This document shows, piece by piece, positions 22,777 through 31,760 of a stretch of DNA of 32,000 bases. Where the stretch lies: assembly GCF_000039765.1 (NCBI RefSeq), contig NC_004459.3:2331127-2363126 (forward strand), given 5' to 3'. Both the position numbers and the translations under genes were made by a program. Every line of letters begins with the position of its first letter. Position 1 is the first letter of the stretch. Under the pieces are notes generated by a model, which had not been told where the DNA came from, did no database searches, and worked only from the letters and a program-made list of their open reading frames with translations. The stretch is from Vibrio vulnificus CMCP6. GTDB lineage: Bacteria; Pseudomonadota; Gammaproteobacteria; Enterobacterales; Vibrionaceae.

Positions 22777-25680
22777 TTATTCCTGATTCACTTTTAAACC
22801 ATCGCTCACCAGCATCACCTGGTGAGGCACCTCTTTGCCTTCCAATTGCGTTCGTGCGTTCCAACTGGTTGGGAAAAGTAGGTTTGCTAGGGTTTTAACA
22901 TCAGGGTTTTCTTGCTTCATCCACAGCATGTTGCCGTCAATATTTGGGAAGAAATCATCATCAAAGTTCAACTGAGGCTTGCCTTTCAAAGTCATAATAT
23001 TGAGCGTTTCTTCGTAGGTCGGCAGCCTCCAATCGGTGATGCCGCAAAGTTTGGCTTCGTTGGCGCGTTGAACAAGTTGGTTTACCGTACAGTGACGTGC
23101 TTTGTCTTGGCGATAAACCTCACCGTTGGTCGCGACACAAAATCCGTTGTATTGGTCGTCTGTCACCGCCAGGTTGTCACCATGCAGATATCGGTTATCG
23201 ATGCTGTACCAGTGACGAATGCGATCACCTTCCACCATCTCGCTATTTGGCACGGCCCACGTTCGGCCAGTTTTGGTTTCAACTGCGCAGCTGTGAGGGG
23301 TTGCAACATACGGAAGATCTTGTCGACTCAAACGTTCACCTTGCGCATCCACTTTTAGGAAAGAAAGCGATTGGTAACCATCGATGTTGGAGTTTCGTGC
23401 ATAACCACTCATTGGGTCACAGCTAAAATCCGAATCAAAGAGATGAGGATTGGTTAGGCCAGCATCGCTAACTCGAACATTGAACTGAGCGCTCGGCGTA
23501 CCATCGTGCGCGATCTGGAAATAGTAGCGAGTAAACGGCGTTAAACCATTTAATGTCACTCTGTGCGTTGCGCTCTTAGTCTGATTGGTCGCTTCACTCA
23601 GTTGACTAAACGGCTTGGTGTCCCAGTAGACGGTATAGCCACTGGTTCCTTGCGGCAGCCATTCTAATGTGAGCCAATCGTCCCCACGTCCACGAAGTGC
23701 AATGCCACGAATTTGGTCTTCAGCAAATTCGGTGCTGCAAATCGACTCCAATCCATTCACTGGCTCGGCGGGTAGCCAACTGTTGCCAGCGTTGATTGCC
23801 GTGTTTAAGTCGGCAGCGATCTGGTTGTCCGCAGCAAATTGGCTAAGGTGAGTGAAAGCTTGCGCACTCCACGTCAACAGCGTGTTGATGGTGGCCTCGT
23901 TATCTTCCATATGATGGGCGACATCGGCGATGTTTTTCAGCAGTTGGATGACTTGAAACGGCTCTGGCAGAATGTTGCTTTTACTGTACATACGGTATTG
24001 AGCGTTGTAGTCGAGATCGAGCAACTGAGCAGCGGTGCGGAAAAAGTCCGAGGCATTGTCGATGGCCGGTAGTGCCTGATTTTCTGCTGATGCCATTTGC
24101 ATCGCCACAATGCTACTCATCAACTGCACCATTTCCGGCGTATGCTTGGCAAACAGTTCATCGATCGCGGTCTGTTTGACGGGTTTGGCGTATTGGCCGC
24201 CACCGTGATGCATCAAGCCACTGCGTTCAGCCAACAGGGCGTGTGCGTTGTTTTCAAATGAGACTTTTAAACGCGGAAACTCTTCGGCAGTGACGATGCC
24301 ATCTTGGTTCTTGTCGATATCAGCTCTCGCCAGTTCACAGAAGGCGCCCAAGTAGGAACGCATCTCGACACCGCTGTCTGGATCAAACGCAATCACGGTC
24401 AGCAAATCTTGCATATTGTCGGTCGGATGGGCGCTTGGCTTGGTCAGATCGGCGTTTTTATCGTAGTAAACATACACGCCGTTCGCCGTGGGCTGACAAG
24501 TTTCAAAGCCTTGCGCGGTATCGCGAAGCGTTACGCGGAACTCAAATTGACGATTTGCCCCTTCAATAGCCGTCGACGATTTTTCTTCACCCACAGGGGT
24601 AATTGGTACCAGCAATGGGCGTTTGGGTTTGAGTGGGTTGTCGTAATGGCTGTTTGCTAAAGGATCGTTAGGATAAGAACCCATTTGTAGCGAAATCTGC
24701 GGGTTCTTCATTCCTGAAACCGTTTCGCCACGGAGTACCAAGGTGCGGGTTGGGTAAGAGTTATCTAATACTTCGCGCAGTACATTGCTTTGCTTGACCG
24801 CGTGCATCTCGATCCATTTGTCTTTAATACGCTTCTGCCAACCGTCGGGTAGTGCCACTTGATGGGTTTGTGCCATCGCTTGGTAAGTATCGCTCACTCT
24901 ATCCAACCAAGGCGTCTCTTCCTCGGTTGTGGCAGCGGCCATGTTTTCATTCTTAAGCAGGGCATCAATAAAGGCAGCGGTCGAGAGATTGAGCGAGGTG
25001 AGTTCGATTTGTTCTTCACGATCAAAAGGATCGGCGATCGCATGCAGCAACGCGGCGATGGCCATGATTCTCTCTCGCCCATGTTCGTTCATCAGTTCAA
25101 GTGCACTTTGTTCGCCACTTGGATCGAGTGCAACAAACAACGAGTTGGTTTGTGAGAAAGTCAGTGGCAGCCATTCATCATGGGTAATGAATTTATCGTT
25201 GTTTTTATCTGCGGCGAGTAGCGGCAACTTGGTACCAATGGCATTGCGATAAAGCAACACTTCGCGAGTTTCTGATGACGCTTGATCTTCCGTTTGTGCT
25301 TTTTCAGCAGTGCGCGCGTTGGCCTCTTGTTCACGTGGGGAGATCACGCTGACTGCCTCAATCGTCATCGGGAGGCCCTCGCTGAGAGTGGCAGGATCCA
25401 CCTCTAAAAGATAGCGAGGTTGACGCTCTCCCGCGTGTATTTTGATCGCTGAACGCGCCACGACCTCTTCACCCACCAGCAGCCTCACTTCCGTTTTGAC
25501 GGTTTGATCGACCGTGACTTTCACTGGCTGAGACTCCGTGACAAAGCCGGTTAACGTTACTTTAGTTGGGGTTGAAGGGGTTGCTGGACTGGTCGCAGAG
25601 CCGCCACCGTCGCCACCACCACACGCGGTCAATAGACCCGCAATGGTTGAGGCAACCAAACTCTTGGCAAATAAGCGCAT
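22777..25680 (-). CDS. Large surface/periplasmic lipoprotein (967 aa): Gly/Pro/Thr linker, two EF-hand-like loops, FN3-like module, C-terminal DUF1566 domain
   Basis: Lipobox LLTAC followed by GGGDGGGSATSPATPSTPT. The EF-hand-like loops are DKNNDKFITHDE (25174-25209) and DKNQDGIVTAEE (24280-24315). An FN3-like segment WLTLEWLPQGTSGYTVYWDT...LTPFTRYYFQI lies at about 23461-23718. The C-terminal motif is DWRLPTYEETLNIM (WRLP at 23020-23031). Confidence 0.7.
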   Translation of the reverse strand: MRLFAKSLVASTIAGLLTACGGGDGGGSATSPATPSTPTKVTLTGFVTESQPVKVTVDQTVKTEVRLLVGEEVVARSAIKIHAGERQPRYLLEVDPATLSEGLPMTIEAVSVISPREQEANARTAEKAQTEDQASSETREVLLYRNAIGTKLPLLAADKNNDKFITHDEWLPLTFSQTNSLFVALDPSGEQSALELMNEHGRERIMAIAALLHAIADPFDREEQIELTSLNLSTAAFIDALLKNENMAAATTEEETPWLDRVSDTYQAMAQTHQVALPDGWQKRIKDKWIEMHAVKQSNVLREVLDNSYPTRTLVLRGETVSGMKNPQISLQMGSYPNDPLANSHYDNPLKPKRPLLVPITPVGEEKSSTAIEGANRQFEFRVTLRDTAQGFETCQPTANGVYVYYDKNADLTKPSAHPTDNMQDLLTVIAFDPDSGVEMRSYLGAFCELARADIDKNQDGIVTAEEFPRLKVSFENNAHALLAERSGLMHHGGGQYAKPVKQTAIDELFAKHTPEMVQLMSSIVAMQMASAENQALPAIDNASDFFRTAAQLLDLDYNAQYRMYSKSNILPEPFQVIQLLKNIADVAHHMEDNEATINTLLTWSAQAFTHLSQFAADNQIAADLNTAINAGNSWLPAEPVNGLESICSTEFAEDQIRGIALRGRGDDWLTLEWLPQGTSGYTVYWDTKPFSQLSEATNQTKSATHRVTLNGLTPFTRYYFQIAHDGTPSAQFNVRVSDAGLTNPHLFDSDFSCDPMSGYARNSNIDGYQSLSFLKVDAQGERLSRQDLPYVATPHSCAVETKTGRTWAVPNSEMVEGDRIRHWYSIDNRYLHGDNLAVTDDQYNGFCVATNGEVYRQDKARHCTVNQLVQRANEAKLCGITDWRLPTYEETLNIMTLKGKPQLNFDDDFFPNIDGNMLWMKQENPDVKTLANLLFPTSWNARTQLEGKEVPHQVMLVSDGLKVNQE

Positions 25681-25865
25681 TTTCGCTCCTTATTGAAAAA
25701 TTTGCTCGATAGATGAGAAGGGAAATGACGCCGTGATTTGAATAAATACTCTACATATCAGATCAATGATCTAATTAATAATAAAAATACGATCAAAAAC
25801 ACTGGCAAAATGTCATTTTGTAAAATATTCATCGCTTTATTTGTTGCGCATAATAATATAAGTGT

Positions 25866-25883
25866 TATCATTTGCAAATGATA
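25866..25883. promoter_or_regulatory. Perfect 18-bp palindrome upstream of flp (candidate operator)
   Basis: TATCATTTG|CAAATGATA ends 43 bp upstream of the flp ATG, inside an AT-rich 245-bp divergent intergenic region. Confidence 0.4.
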
Positions 25884-25925
25884 TTGATTCTCATGTCTAT
25901 TTACATATTGTTTCAAAAAGGAGTA

Positions 25926-26105
25926 ATGATGCTGAAACAATTCATAAACGATGAAAGCGGCGCGACAGCGATTGAGTATGGAATCCTAGCGGCAGGCTTA
26001 GCGGCGGGCGTATTGGCCATTTTCGGTTCTGATGGGGTGTTTATTTCTGCACTCAAAGAGAAGTTTCTCGGCATTGTAAACAGCCTTAATCCGGCTGGTG
26101 AATAA
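25926..26105 (+). CDS. flp: Flp family type IVb pilin
   Basis: MMLKQFINDESG|ATAIEYGILAAGLAAGVLAI carries the G/xxxxEY Flp motif. AAGGAG lies 4 nt upstream. It is 59 aa, and the track's 18-aa N-terminal extension is rejected. Confidence 0.9.
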   Translation: MMLKQFINDESGATAIEYGILAAGLAAGVLAIFGSDGVFISALKEKFLGIVNSLNPAGE

Positions 26106-26108
26106 ACC

Positions 26109-26540
26109 GTGAAGCCAGACATTGTCGTCCTCATCGCTTTGCTGCTACTGCTTGCGATGGTGGTGTTAAGTGACGTGCTAAAGCGAAAGATTTACAACGC
26201 TAATCTCGCCGTATTGGTCATCGTATCAACGTATTATCGCCATCAACTACCCGATGCAATGTGGTTGGATGCGACATTGTATGCACTGCTGGCGTTGTTG
26301 ATTGGCATGCTGCTCTGGCAACGCAGGTTGCTTGGGGCAGGGGATGTGAAGCTAGCCGTGATATGTGTCTGGATGGTTTTCCCAAACTGGGGTGAGCTGA
26401 TTTTACTGAGTGCGCTTGGCGCTGGGGTATTGGCGATATGGCAGTTAGCGCGTCAGCGTTTGGCCATGTCAAACACCCATCAAGGGACGATTCCGCTTGG
26501 TGTCTCCATTTCCGCGTCGACCGTTTACCTTCTTTTCTAA
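26109..26540 (+). CDS. tadV: Prepilin peptidase, A24 family, TadV/CpaA type (no methyltransferase domain)
   Basis: 143 aa and polytopic. The conserved Asp motifs are LSDVLKRKIYN and GAGDVKL. It lies immediately after flp. Confidence 0.8.
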   Translation: MKPDIVVLIALLLLLAMVVLSDVLKRKIYNANLAVLVIVSTYYRHQLPDAMWLDATLYALLALLIGMLLWQRRLLGAGDVKLAVICVWMVFPNWGELILLSALGAGVLAIWQLARQRLAMSNTHQGTIPLGVSISASTVYLLF

Positions 26541-26555
26541 TTTGGATTTTTCATC

Positions 26556-27395
26556 ATGAGTCGTTGGTACATGGCTGTTTTTGCAGCTTTGTCTATTGCG
26601 TTATTTCTCGCAGGGTTTGTTTGGTTAGATACCTCACAGGCTCAACCACCATCACAACCCCTCTCAACGGTGGAGCACAAAGCAAAAGTGCTGACCACCA
26701 ACCGTGCATTGGCGAAGGGCTCGTTTATTGAGCGTGAGAGCTTGGTATGGAAAGAGGTGTCGTTGGCTGAACGCGAGAGCTTAGGAGAGGTTTTTCTCCA
26801 ACCTGTATTTGAACTGGATCAGATCGCCGGCAGTGTGGCGGTGCAGTTTATTCCGGCGGACAGCGTACTGTCACCAGAGATGTTGTTAAGGCCAGAGCAG
26901 TCGGATTTTCTCTCGGCTTTAGTTAAACCGGGCATGAGAGCAATTTCGATTGAGTTGGATCCGATGGCTGCGGGGCTTGGCTTACTTCGTCCGGGAAATA
27001 AAGTCGATGTCTTGCTAACAAGCCAGTCGGAAATTGACCAAGACGCCAATGGCACGCCGATATACAACAACATGGCCGTCGAAACGGTATTACAAAACAT
27101 TCATTTGCTTGCGATTGGCAATCAATATTCTCCCCATCAAAAGCCGGAGAAAAGTGCCAAAAGTTACGATCCCACTTCAGTCACGTTCGAAGTGTCTCTG
27201 CAAGATGCGGAAAAGCTCGTGCTGGCGAGCAAGTTAGGTGAGTTGTCGCTCGTCTTGCGAGGTAACAACGATCAAACGGAAGTCGCGAACAAACCGCTGA
27301 AGTGGGCAAAAGATATCTCTGGGGCGTATGACCTCGAACAGCAACCAACCCAATCGGTCACAGTGATCCGCGGCAACGTGAAGGAAGGACAATAA
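26556..27395 (+). CDS. rcpC: Flp pilus assembly protein RcpC/CpaB
   Basis: N-terminal transmembrane helix, a SAF-like segment (LTTNRALAKGSFIERESL) and an RcpC-like beta domain. Its position in the tad locus also fits. Confidence 0.85.
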   Translation: MSRWYMAVFAALSIALFLAGFVWLDTSQAQPPSQPLSTVEHKAKVLTTNRALAKGSFIERESLVWKEVSLAERESLGEVFLQPVFELDQIAGSVAVQFIPADSVLSPEMLLRPEQSDFLSALVKPGMRAISIELDPMAAGLGLLRPGNKVDVLLTSQSEIDQDANGTPIYNNMAVETVLQNIHLLAIGNQYSPHQKPEKSAKSYDPTSVTFEVSLQDAEKLVLASKLGELSLVLRGNNDQTEVANKPLKWAKDISGAYDLEQQPTQSVTVIRGNVKEGQ

Positions 27396-27397
27396 TA

Positions 27398-28786
27398 ATG
27401 AAAGTGGCAAAACAGTGGTGGTCTGTTGTGGTGTGTTGCTTGCTGGTGCCTTTGGCGCACGCAGCCAAGCAGATCGATTTGGAGGTGGGGCAAAGCCGCC
27501 TGATTCCGTTATCGAAAGAGATGCGCAGTGTTTACATCGTTGATTCGACGGTCGCGGATGTCAAAACCCCTTCTGCGCGTAGCGCATTGGTGTTTGGTGC
27601 CAAAGTGGGCAAAACCGATTTGGTGATCGTTGGTAAAGAGGGTGAAGCGATCGCTCATTACCGACTGAATGTGAAAAACAGTGGTTTGAGCCAACTCGAA
27701 CGCCATTTAGAAACCCTCTATCCGTCACATCGTATTACATTGCAATCGGTGGGCGATTCGATTGCCGTCGCAGGGACGGTGGCCAGCCCAGAAATGGCGG
27801 CGGATATTTTGAGTTTGGTGAACAATTTCGCCGTAGGGCAGGTTGCCGACAAAGAGCGTTTAAAAGAGATCAATGCCGATGCCAGCCGTAAGTCGGCAAA
27901 CCCACCGGAAGGCCCAGGTGGTCAGTCGGTGCTTCCTTTGGTGATCAACCAGTTGAAAATCACCGCTGCGCCGCAGGTCAACATTTCTATTCGTATGGTG
28001 GAAATGGCAAAAAGCACCAGCGAAGAGTTGGGGATCCGCTGGCAATCAGTCAATCCGAACTGGATGCTGGGCGTTTCTCCCGGAAACCAATTTGCCACGG
28101 GAATTGATCTCACCGACCCAGATAACCTCATCAAAGAATCGGCGTTTATGGGCATTATCGATGCCTTGGCCTCGAAGAGCTTAGTCAATGTGCTGGCAGA
28201 ACCGAATCTTACGGCAAAATCCGGCGAAAAAGCGGAGTTCTTGGTGGGGGGAGAATTTCCTTTCCCGAGCATTGATGGCGAATCTGTCGGCGTTGAATTT
28301 AAGAGTTTCGGTGTCGGTCTTTCGGTTACGCCAACGGTGTTATCTGAAAACCGCATTTCACTCACGGTCACTCCGGTAGTGAGCGCACTCAGCCGTCAAA
28401 ATTCTATCAAAATCAATGGTGTTGATGTTCCTGGGTTAGATAAGCGAACCGCAACTACCACTATTGAACTGGCCGATGGACAGAGTTTTGCCTTGGCAGG
28501 GCTACTGAGAACGTCAGAAGAAAACTCGGTGGATGCCATTCCCTTTTTAGGCGAGTTGCCAGGCGTTGGTGCCCTGTTTCGAACCAATAAGAATCAGCAG
28601 ATAGAGCGCGAATTGGTGATCATCGCCACGGCCAGTCTGGTGCAGCCAACGGGTGATATAGAGTCGATCCCGACACCACTTGACCATTTCCGTGCACCAA
28701 CACGCTTAGAACGTTTGCTGTTTGGTGAACTTGAAGGTCACACAGACACGCCGAAACTCATCGGTGACTACGGCTATCGCTACTAA
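27398..28786 (+). CDS. rcpA: Flp pilus secretin RcpA/CpaC
   Basis: Signal peptide ...LAHA|AKQ with a BON-like N-terminal region. The secretin core is VLAEPNLTAKSGEKAEFLVGGEFPF...TTIELADGQSFALAGLL...IPFLGELPGVGALFR. Confidence 0.9.
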   Translation: MKVAKQWWSVVVCCLLVPLAHAAKQIDLEVGQSRLIPLSKEMRSVYIVDSTVADVKTPSARSALVFGAKVGKTDLVIVGKEGEAIAHYRLNVKNSGLSQLERHLETLYPSHRITLQSVGDSIAVAGTVASPEMAADILSLVNNFAVGQVADKERLKEINADASRKSANPPEGPGGQSVLPLVINQLKITAAPQVNISIRMVEMAKSTSEELGIRWQSVNPNWMLGVSPGNQFATGIDLTDPDNLIKESAFMGIIDALASKSLVNVLAEPNLTAKSGEKAEFLVGGEFPFPSIDGESVGVEFKSFGVGLSVTPTVLSENRISLTVTPVVSALSRQNSIKINGVDVPGLDKRTATTTIELADGQSFALAGLLRTSEENSVDAIPFLGELPGVGALFRTNKNQQIERELVIIATASLVQPTGDIESIPTPLDHFRAPTRLERLLFGELEGHTDTPKLIGDYGYRY

Positions 28787-28802
28787 CAGGATCATAAACA
28801 AA

Positions 28803-29372
28803 ATGATGAACAAACGATCGCATCTTTGGATGCTTGCGACGGCGGTGCTGTTGGCGGCAGGTTGCACGTCAACCTCCGAGTTTACCGAGCAACGCGAAGT
28901 GACGCTGAGCTCAAACAAGGCCATTTTACCAACTCTTGAACAATTGCTTCTCCCAACACAGCACAGATTAGAGCAAGGGGAAGTTTCGGTGCTGATTCGC
29001 ACACAACAACTCTCTCACAACAGCTTGTCGCAGTGGCAACAACAGCTAAGTGACACCCTTTCTTTGCCTGTCGACATTCGTTGGCAGCAAGTGGACCAAG
29101 CACAAGTGGAGCTGAAAATCGGCGTTTCGCTGCAGCCAAATACTTGTCGGTTTGAACCTCAACTGGAGTTAACTGAGGCGCAGTGCCGCCACCAACGCCG
29201 TCTACAAATAGCGATGGCTAATCAACATCATTATCGAAAAGGGGCGCCATTGCTGATTACCGAGAGTAGCTTAGAAGTTGGTGCGGTTGAACGCTTGCGC
29301 CAAGGCAGCGTGAGAATCGCCGATGACCCTGCAAAAATTACCGACGGTTCGGGAGGTGAAGGTGGAAACTAA
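28803..29372 (+). CDS. Gln-rich lipoprotein in the RcpB/CpaD position of the tad locus
   Basis: MMNKRSHLWMLATAVLLAAGC is a lipoprotein signal. No family was recognised by eye, so the assignment is positional only. The track start at 28722 overlaps rcpA and is rejected. Confidence 0.5.
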   Translation: MMNKRSHLWMLATAVLLAAGCTSTSEFTEQREVTLSSNKAILPTLEQLLLPTQHRLEQGEVSVLIRTQQLSHNSLSQWQQQLSDTLSLPVDIRWQQVDQAQVELKIGVSLQPNTCRFEPQLELTEAQCRHQRRLQIAMANQHHYRKGAPLLITESSLEVGAVERLRQGSVRIADDPAKITDGSGGEGGN

Positions 29373-29382
29373 ACGCCAATCT

Positions 29383-30459
29383 ATGATGGTTTTTGCCAAA
29401 AAGGGCTCGCAACTGACGGTGATTGAATCGGCGGTTGATCGCATTCCTCAGCTTGACTGTCAAATTCACGCGCGAAGCATGAGCGCGGCGATCTCCCATT
29501 TGGCTGAGCGTCACTGCGGGGATATCTTGCTGCTGCAAGTTGAGCGAGAGGATTTGGAACAACTGCCTGCCTTGGCGAAGGTCACGCCTCCGGGGTGTCA
29601 GGTCATTCTGTTTGGCGATGAAATATCGCTCTCAGAATACCGTCATCTGATGCAGATGGGCATTGCGGATTACTTGGCTCTGCCACTTGACCCGACCGCG
29701 TTGCACAAAAGTTTATTGCATCTTTTGGGGATCCACGCGCAAAAGGGATTCCAGCAAGGACAGGTTTACCTTGTCAGTGGCACCAGTGGCGGGGTGGGTA
29801 CCTCGACCGTTGCGGCCAATTTAGCGGTGGAGCTGGCTAAGCATCGCTCGGTAGCACTGGTGGACTTCAACCTGAATTTCACCCAACACCCTATTTTACT
29901 TGGGGTTGACTATCAACCATCGCTTGATCGTCTGGTTCATGATGTTGAGCGAGTTGACGCCGTTTTGATTAAGCAATTTGGCCAAAATATCGGACATCAA
30001 TTGAGTCTGTTTTATGCAGAGGGGCAGGAGGAGTTATCGGTGCAGCAGCGAATCAATGTCGTCACGAAACTGAAGCAACAGTTCGCCTATGTGATTTTGG
30101 ATGTGCCTCATTACTTGATTGAAAAAGTAGAGCATTTGTTGGTTTCCGCCGACAACCTTTTGCTAGTGCATGACTTCTCATTGCAGGCGGGTCGCCGAGC
30201 CGATGGCATTTTGTCAAAGCTGGATGGGTATTTGCACCATGTTCACCTCGTTGGTAATCAGAGCCGATCGAAATCGCACAAACCGTGGAGTGAGAAACAG
30301 TTGTTTGAGGCGTGGTCGATCACTCAATTCAGCGAATTGCCATTCGACAGTAAAGCGGTGCAGGCGGCAGAGCACCATGGCGAGCCATTGGTGACCCGAG
30401 GAGGCAAGCTTGCGAAGGCAATTGGCAAACTCAAAACACGCTTGGCGGGGATGGCGTAA
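29383..30459 (+). CDS. tadZ: TadZ/CpaE pilus localisation protein (receiver-like N-domain plus atypical ParA/MinD-like domain)
   Basis: The ParA-like P-loop region SGTSGGVGTSTVAANLA (29779-29808) lacks both lysines of KGGxGK[ST]. The start is uncertain (29323, a GTG near 29364, or ATG 29383). Confidence 0.8.
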   Translation: MMVFAKKGSQLTVIESAVDRIPQLDCQIHARSMSAAISHLAERHCGDILLLQVEREDLEQLPALAKVTPPGCQVILFGDEISLSEYRHLMQMGIADYLALPLDPTALHKSLLHLLGIHAQKGFQQGQVYLVSGTSGGVGTSTVAANLAVELAKHRSVALVDFNLNFTQHPILLGVDYQPSLDRLVHDVERVDAVLIKQFGQNIGHQLSLFYAEGQEELSVQQRINVVTKLKQQFAYVILDVPHYLIEKVEHLLVSADNLLLVHDFSLQAGRRADGILSKLDGYLHHVHLVGNQSRSKSHKPWSEKQLFEAWSITQFSELPFDSKAVQAAEHHGEPLVTRGGKLAKAIGKLKTRLAGMA

Positions 30460-31751
30460 TGTTCGGCAATAAAACCCAAATGGTTAATGTTTCACGAGGC
30501 AACCCTCTCGTGATGCCGGAGGCGGCGCAAACGGCGTTTGAAAAGCTGATAGAACCTTCCGAAGCGGTCAAATTAACGCGCAAGCAATTACAGCAAGAGA
30601 TCAAAAAAGCGGTCGCACAATTGTCGGCACAGCAGTTGCTGCCATACAACCAGAGTGAACTGGCGATTCTGGTGGAGCAGTTGTGTGATGACATGCTCGG
30701 GGTTGGCCCAATTCAATGCTTGGTGGAAGACCCCAGCGTGAGTGACATTTTGGTTAACGGACCTGAGCAAATTTACATTGAGCGACAAGGCAAGTTGTTG
30801 AAAACAGACATCCGTTTTCGCGATAAAAAACACCTGCTCAATGTTGCGCAGCGAATCGTTAACGCCGTTGGTCGTCGCCTCGATGAATCCACTCCGTTGG
30901 TGGATGCACGTTTGGAAGATGGCAGCCGAGTCAACATTATTGCACCGCCGTTAGCGCTAAACGGCGTGTGCATTTCTATTCGTAAGTTTCCAGAACGGCA
31001 ATACGATCTGCCGGGGCTTGTCGCGTTTGGCAGTTTGAGTGAAGAGATGGCGCAATGCCTCGCACTCGCCGCACGTTGCCGTTTGAACATTCTTGTTTCC
31101 GGCGGAACTGGCGCAGGTAAAACCACCTTGCTCAACGCCATGAGCACGCCAATCAGCGACGATGAACGCATCATCACCATTGAGGATGCCGCAGAGTTGT
31201 CGCTGACCCAGCCACATTGGATTCAGCTCGAAACACGAACCGCCAGTTCAGAAGGAACCGGGGCTGTAACGGTGCGCGATTTGGTCAAGAACGCGCTGCG
31301 GATGCGCCCAGATCGCATCATTCTCGGCGAGGTACGTGGTGCCGAAGCGTTTGACATGTTGCAAGCGATGAACACGGGTCATGATGGTTCACTGTGTACA
31401 TTGCACGCTAACTCGCCAGCGGATGCGATGCTGCGTCTTGAGAATATGTTGATGATGGGGGCAGAACAGATCCCGTCAGCGGTTTTGCGCCAGCAAATCA
31501 GCTCAGCGTTGGATCTAGTGGTGCAGCTTGAGCGCTCTCATGATGGCAAACGTCGTGTGACTGCCATTTCCGCGGTTGGAGGGATCGAGCAAGGTCAGAT
31601 TGTCGTGCACCCGCTGTTTGAGTGTTGCTTAGATGACCAGGGGCAGGGGGTGTATCAGCAAGGAACATTGCCGAGAAATTTACTCGAACGTGCCCGCCAT
31701 TTCGCACTCGACCGCCAATGGCAAGCCTTGTTTTCAAACGAAGAGCGCTAG
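30459..31751 (+). CDS. tadA: TadA/CpaF secretion ATPase
   Basis: Walker [16 protein letters not shown], Asp box [10 protein letters not shown], Walker [13 protein letters not shown] and His box [13 protein letters not shown]. The start overlaps the tadZ stop (TAATG). Confidence 0.95.
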   Translation: MFGNKTQMVNVSRGNPLVMPEAAQTAFEKLIEPSEAVKLTRKQLQQEIKKAVAQLSAQQLLPYNQSELAILVEQLCDDMLGVGPIQCLVEDPSVSDILVNGPEQIYIERQGKLLKTDIRFRDKKHLLNVAQRIVNAVGRRLDESTPLVDARLEDGSRVNIIAPPLALNGVCISIRKFPERQYDLPGLVAFGSLSEEMAQCLALAARCRLNILVSGGTGAGKTTLLNAMSTPISDDERIITIEDAAELSLTQPHWIQLETRTASSEGTGAVTVRDLVKNALRMRPDRIILGEVRGAEAFDMLQAMNTGHDGSLCTLHANSPADAMLRLENMLMMGAEQIPSAVLRQQISSALDLVVQLERSHDGKRRVTAISAVGGIEQGQIVVHPLFECCLDDQGQGVYQQGTLPRNLLERARHFALDRQWQALFSNEER

Positions 31752-31760
31752 GAGAGAGCC

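Noticed and set aside
23683-23691. RGD tripeptide (LRGRGDDW) just before the FN3-like segment of the 967-aa lipoprotein as an integrin-binding motif
   Set aside because: A three-residue motif is expected by chance in a protein of this size, and there is no supporting context.
22912-25252. Several 77-148 aa plus-strand ORFs antisense to the 967-aa lipoprotein gene
   Set aside because: They are shadow ORFs of a long, continuous minus-strand reading frame that has a lipobox and domain motifs.
25866-25883. Reading the 18-bp palindrome upstream of flp as a Fur box
   Set aside because: It is AT-rich with ATCATT/AATGAT hexamers, but the half-site orientation and spacing differ from the GATAATGATAATCATTATC consensus. 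I keep it only as a generic operator candidate.
27922-28371. 149-aa minus-strand ORF inside rcpA
   Set aside because: It is antisense to the conserved secretin core, with no ribosome-binding site and no features.
28722-28802. N-terminal extensions suggested by the ORF track (28722 for the lipoprotein, 25872 for flp, 7393 for the pilin, 7532 for the binding protein, 18835 for the exonuclease, 19944 for TerB)
   Set aside because: In each case an internal ATG with a better Shine-Dalgarno-like sequence yields a canonical signal peptide or family-typical N-terminus. The extensions would bury those signals or overlap the upstream gene.
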